Shown here piece after piece: positions 63,679 through 64,000 of a DNA stretch of 64,000 nucleotides. Every line of letters starts with the position of its first letter. Within the stretch, counting starts at the first letter, position 1. Source of the stretch: Octopus sinensis (lineage: Eukaryota). The stretch covers positions 134,478,001 through 134,542,000 of the forward strand of contig NC_043001.1 of NCBI RefSeq assembly GCF_006345805.1, in the 5' to 3' direction. The position numbers and the translations under genes were made by a program. Below the pieces are notes generated by a model. That model saw only the letters and a list, made by a program, of their open reading frames with translations. It searched no databases and had not been told where the DNA came from.

Positions 63679-64000
63679 CAGCAACAACAATATATTGTTT
63701 ACTTCATAAGAATAAAGAATAGTGTGCAAATATTAAGTTAAAAGAAAATTTGGATGGAATAAAAGATTTTAAAACCCAATATTTATATTGTTATTTGAAG
63801 CAATGTGCTTCATCTACCATGAATATTAATTTATATACATACATATAAATTAATATTCATGGTAGATGAAGCACATTGCTTCAAATAACAATATAAATAT
63901 TGGGTTTTAAAATCTTTTATTCCATCCAAATTTTCTTTTAACTTAATATTTGCACACTATTCTTTATTCTTATGAAGTAAACAATATATTGTTGTTGCTG
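63679..64000. repeat. Perfect palindrome, 158-bp arms, 6-nt loop, truncated by the window edge
   Basis: 63679-63836 is the exact reverse complement of 63843-64000; loop ACATAC. Confidence 0.95.

Noticed and set aside
63860-63890. Hammerhead-like TAGATGA-AGCA CAT TGCT-TCAAAT in the terminal palindrome
   Set aside because: Neither CUGANGA nor GAAA is intact and there is no stem I or III.
1-64000. Prokaryotic features (operons, CRISPR arrays, rRNA, rho-independent terminators)
   Set aside because: Spliced eukaryotic genes and animal repeats dominate; no regular repeat-spacer array or rRNA signature was seen.

Overview
Eukaryotic, AT-rich, very repeat-dense genomic DNA, most likely a coleoid cephalopod (Octopus-like). 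That assignment is inferred from the tRNA-derived SINE families, the (GAT)n-tailed RTE fragments and the microsatellite load. Only two host coding exons are confidently recognisable, arranged head-to-head about 1.3 kb apart: beta-tubulin exon 1 (minus, 10632-10576, MREIVHVQAGQCGNQIGAK) and PSMG4/PAC4 exon 1 (plus, 11911-12090). Between them lie two RFX X-box-like palindromes, a CCAAT box and a TATA/Inr-like core. Human TUBB2B and PSMG4 have the same divergent arrangement at 6p25, suggesting ancient microsynteny. No later exon of either gene could be found, so both first introns appear very long. The rest is a mosaic of at least four tRNA-SINE families with swapped modules, RTE/RTE-X/L2-like LINE fragments, hAT and piggyBac-like MITEs, a non-autonomous Helitron, a dead mariner and Penelope-like remnants. 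The most striking non-coding structures are a ~457-bp near-perfect palindrome carrying an intact minimal hammerhead ribozyme on each strand, three further solitary hammerhead motifs, a pre-miRNA-like hairpin next to a candidate start exon, and a perfect 158-bp-arm palindrome running to the window edge. Nearly all ORFs in the supplied track are repeat- or microsatellite-derived.
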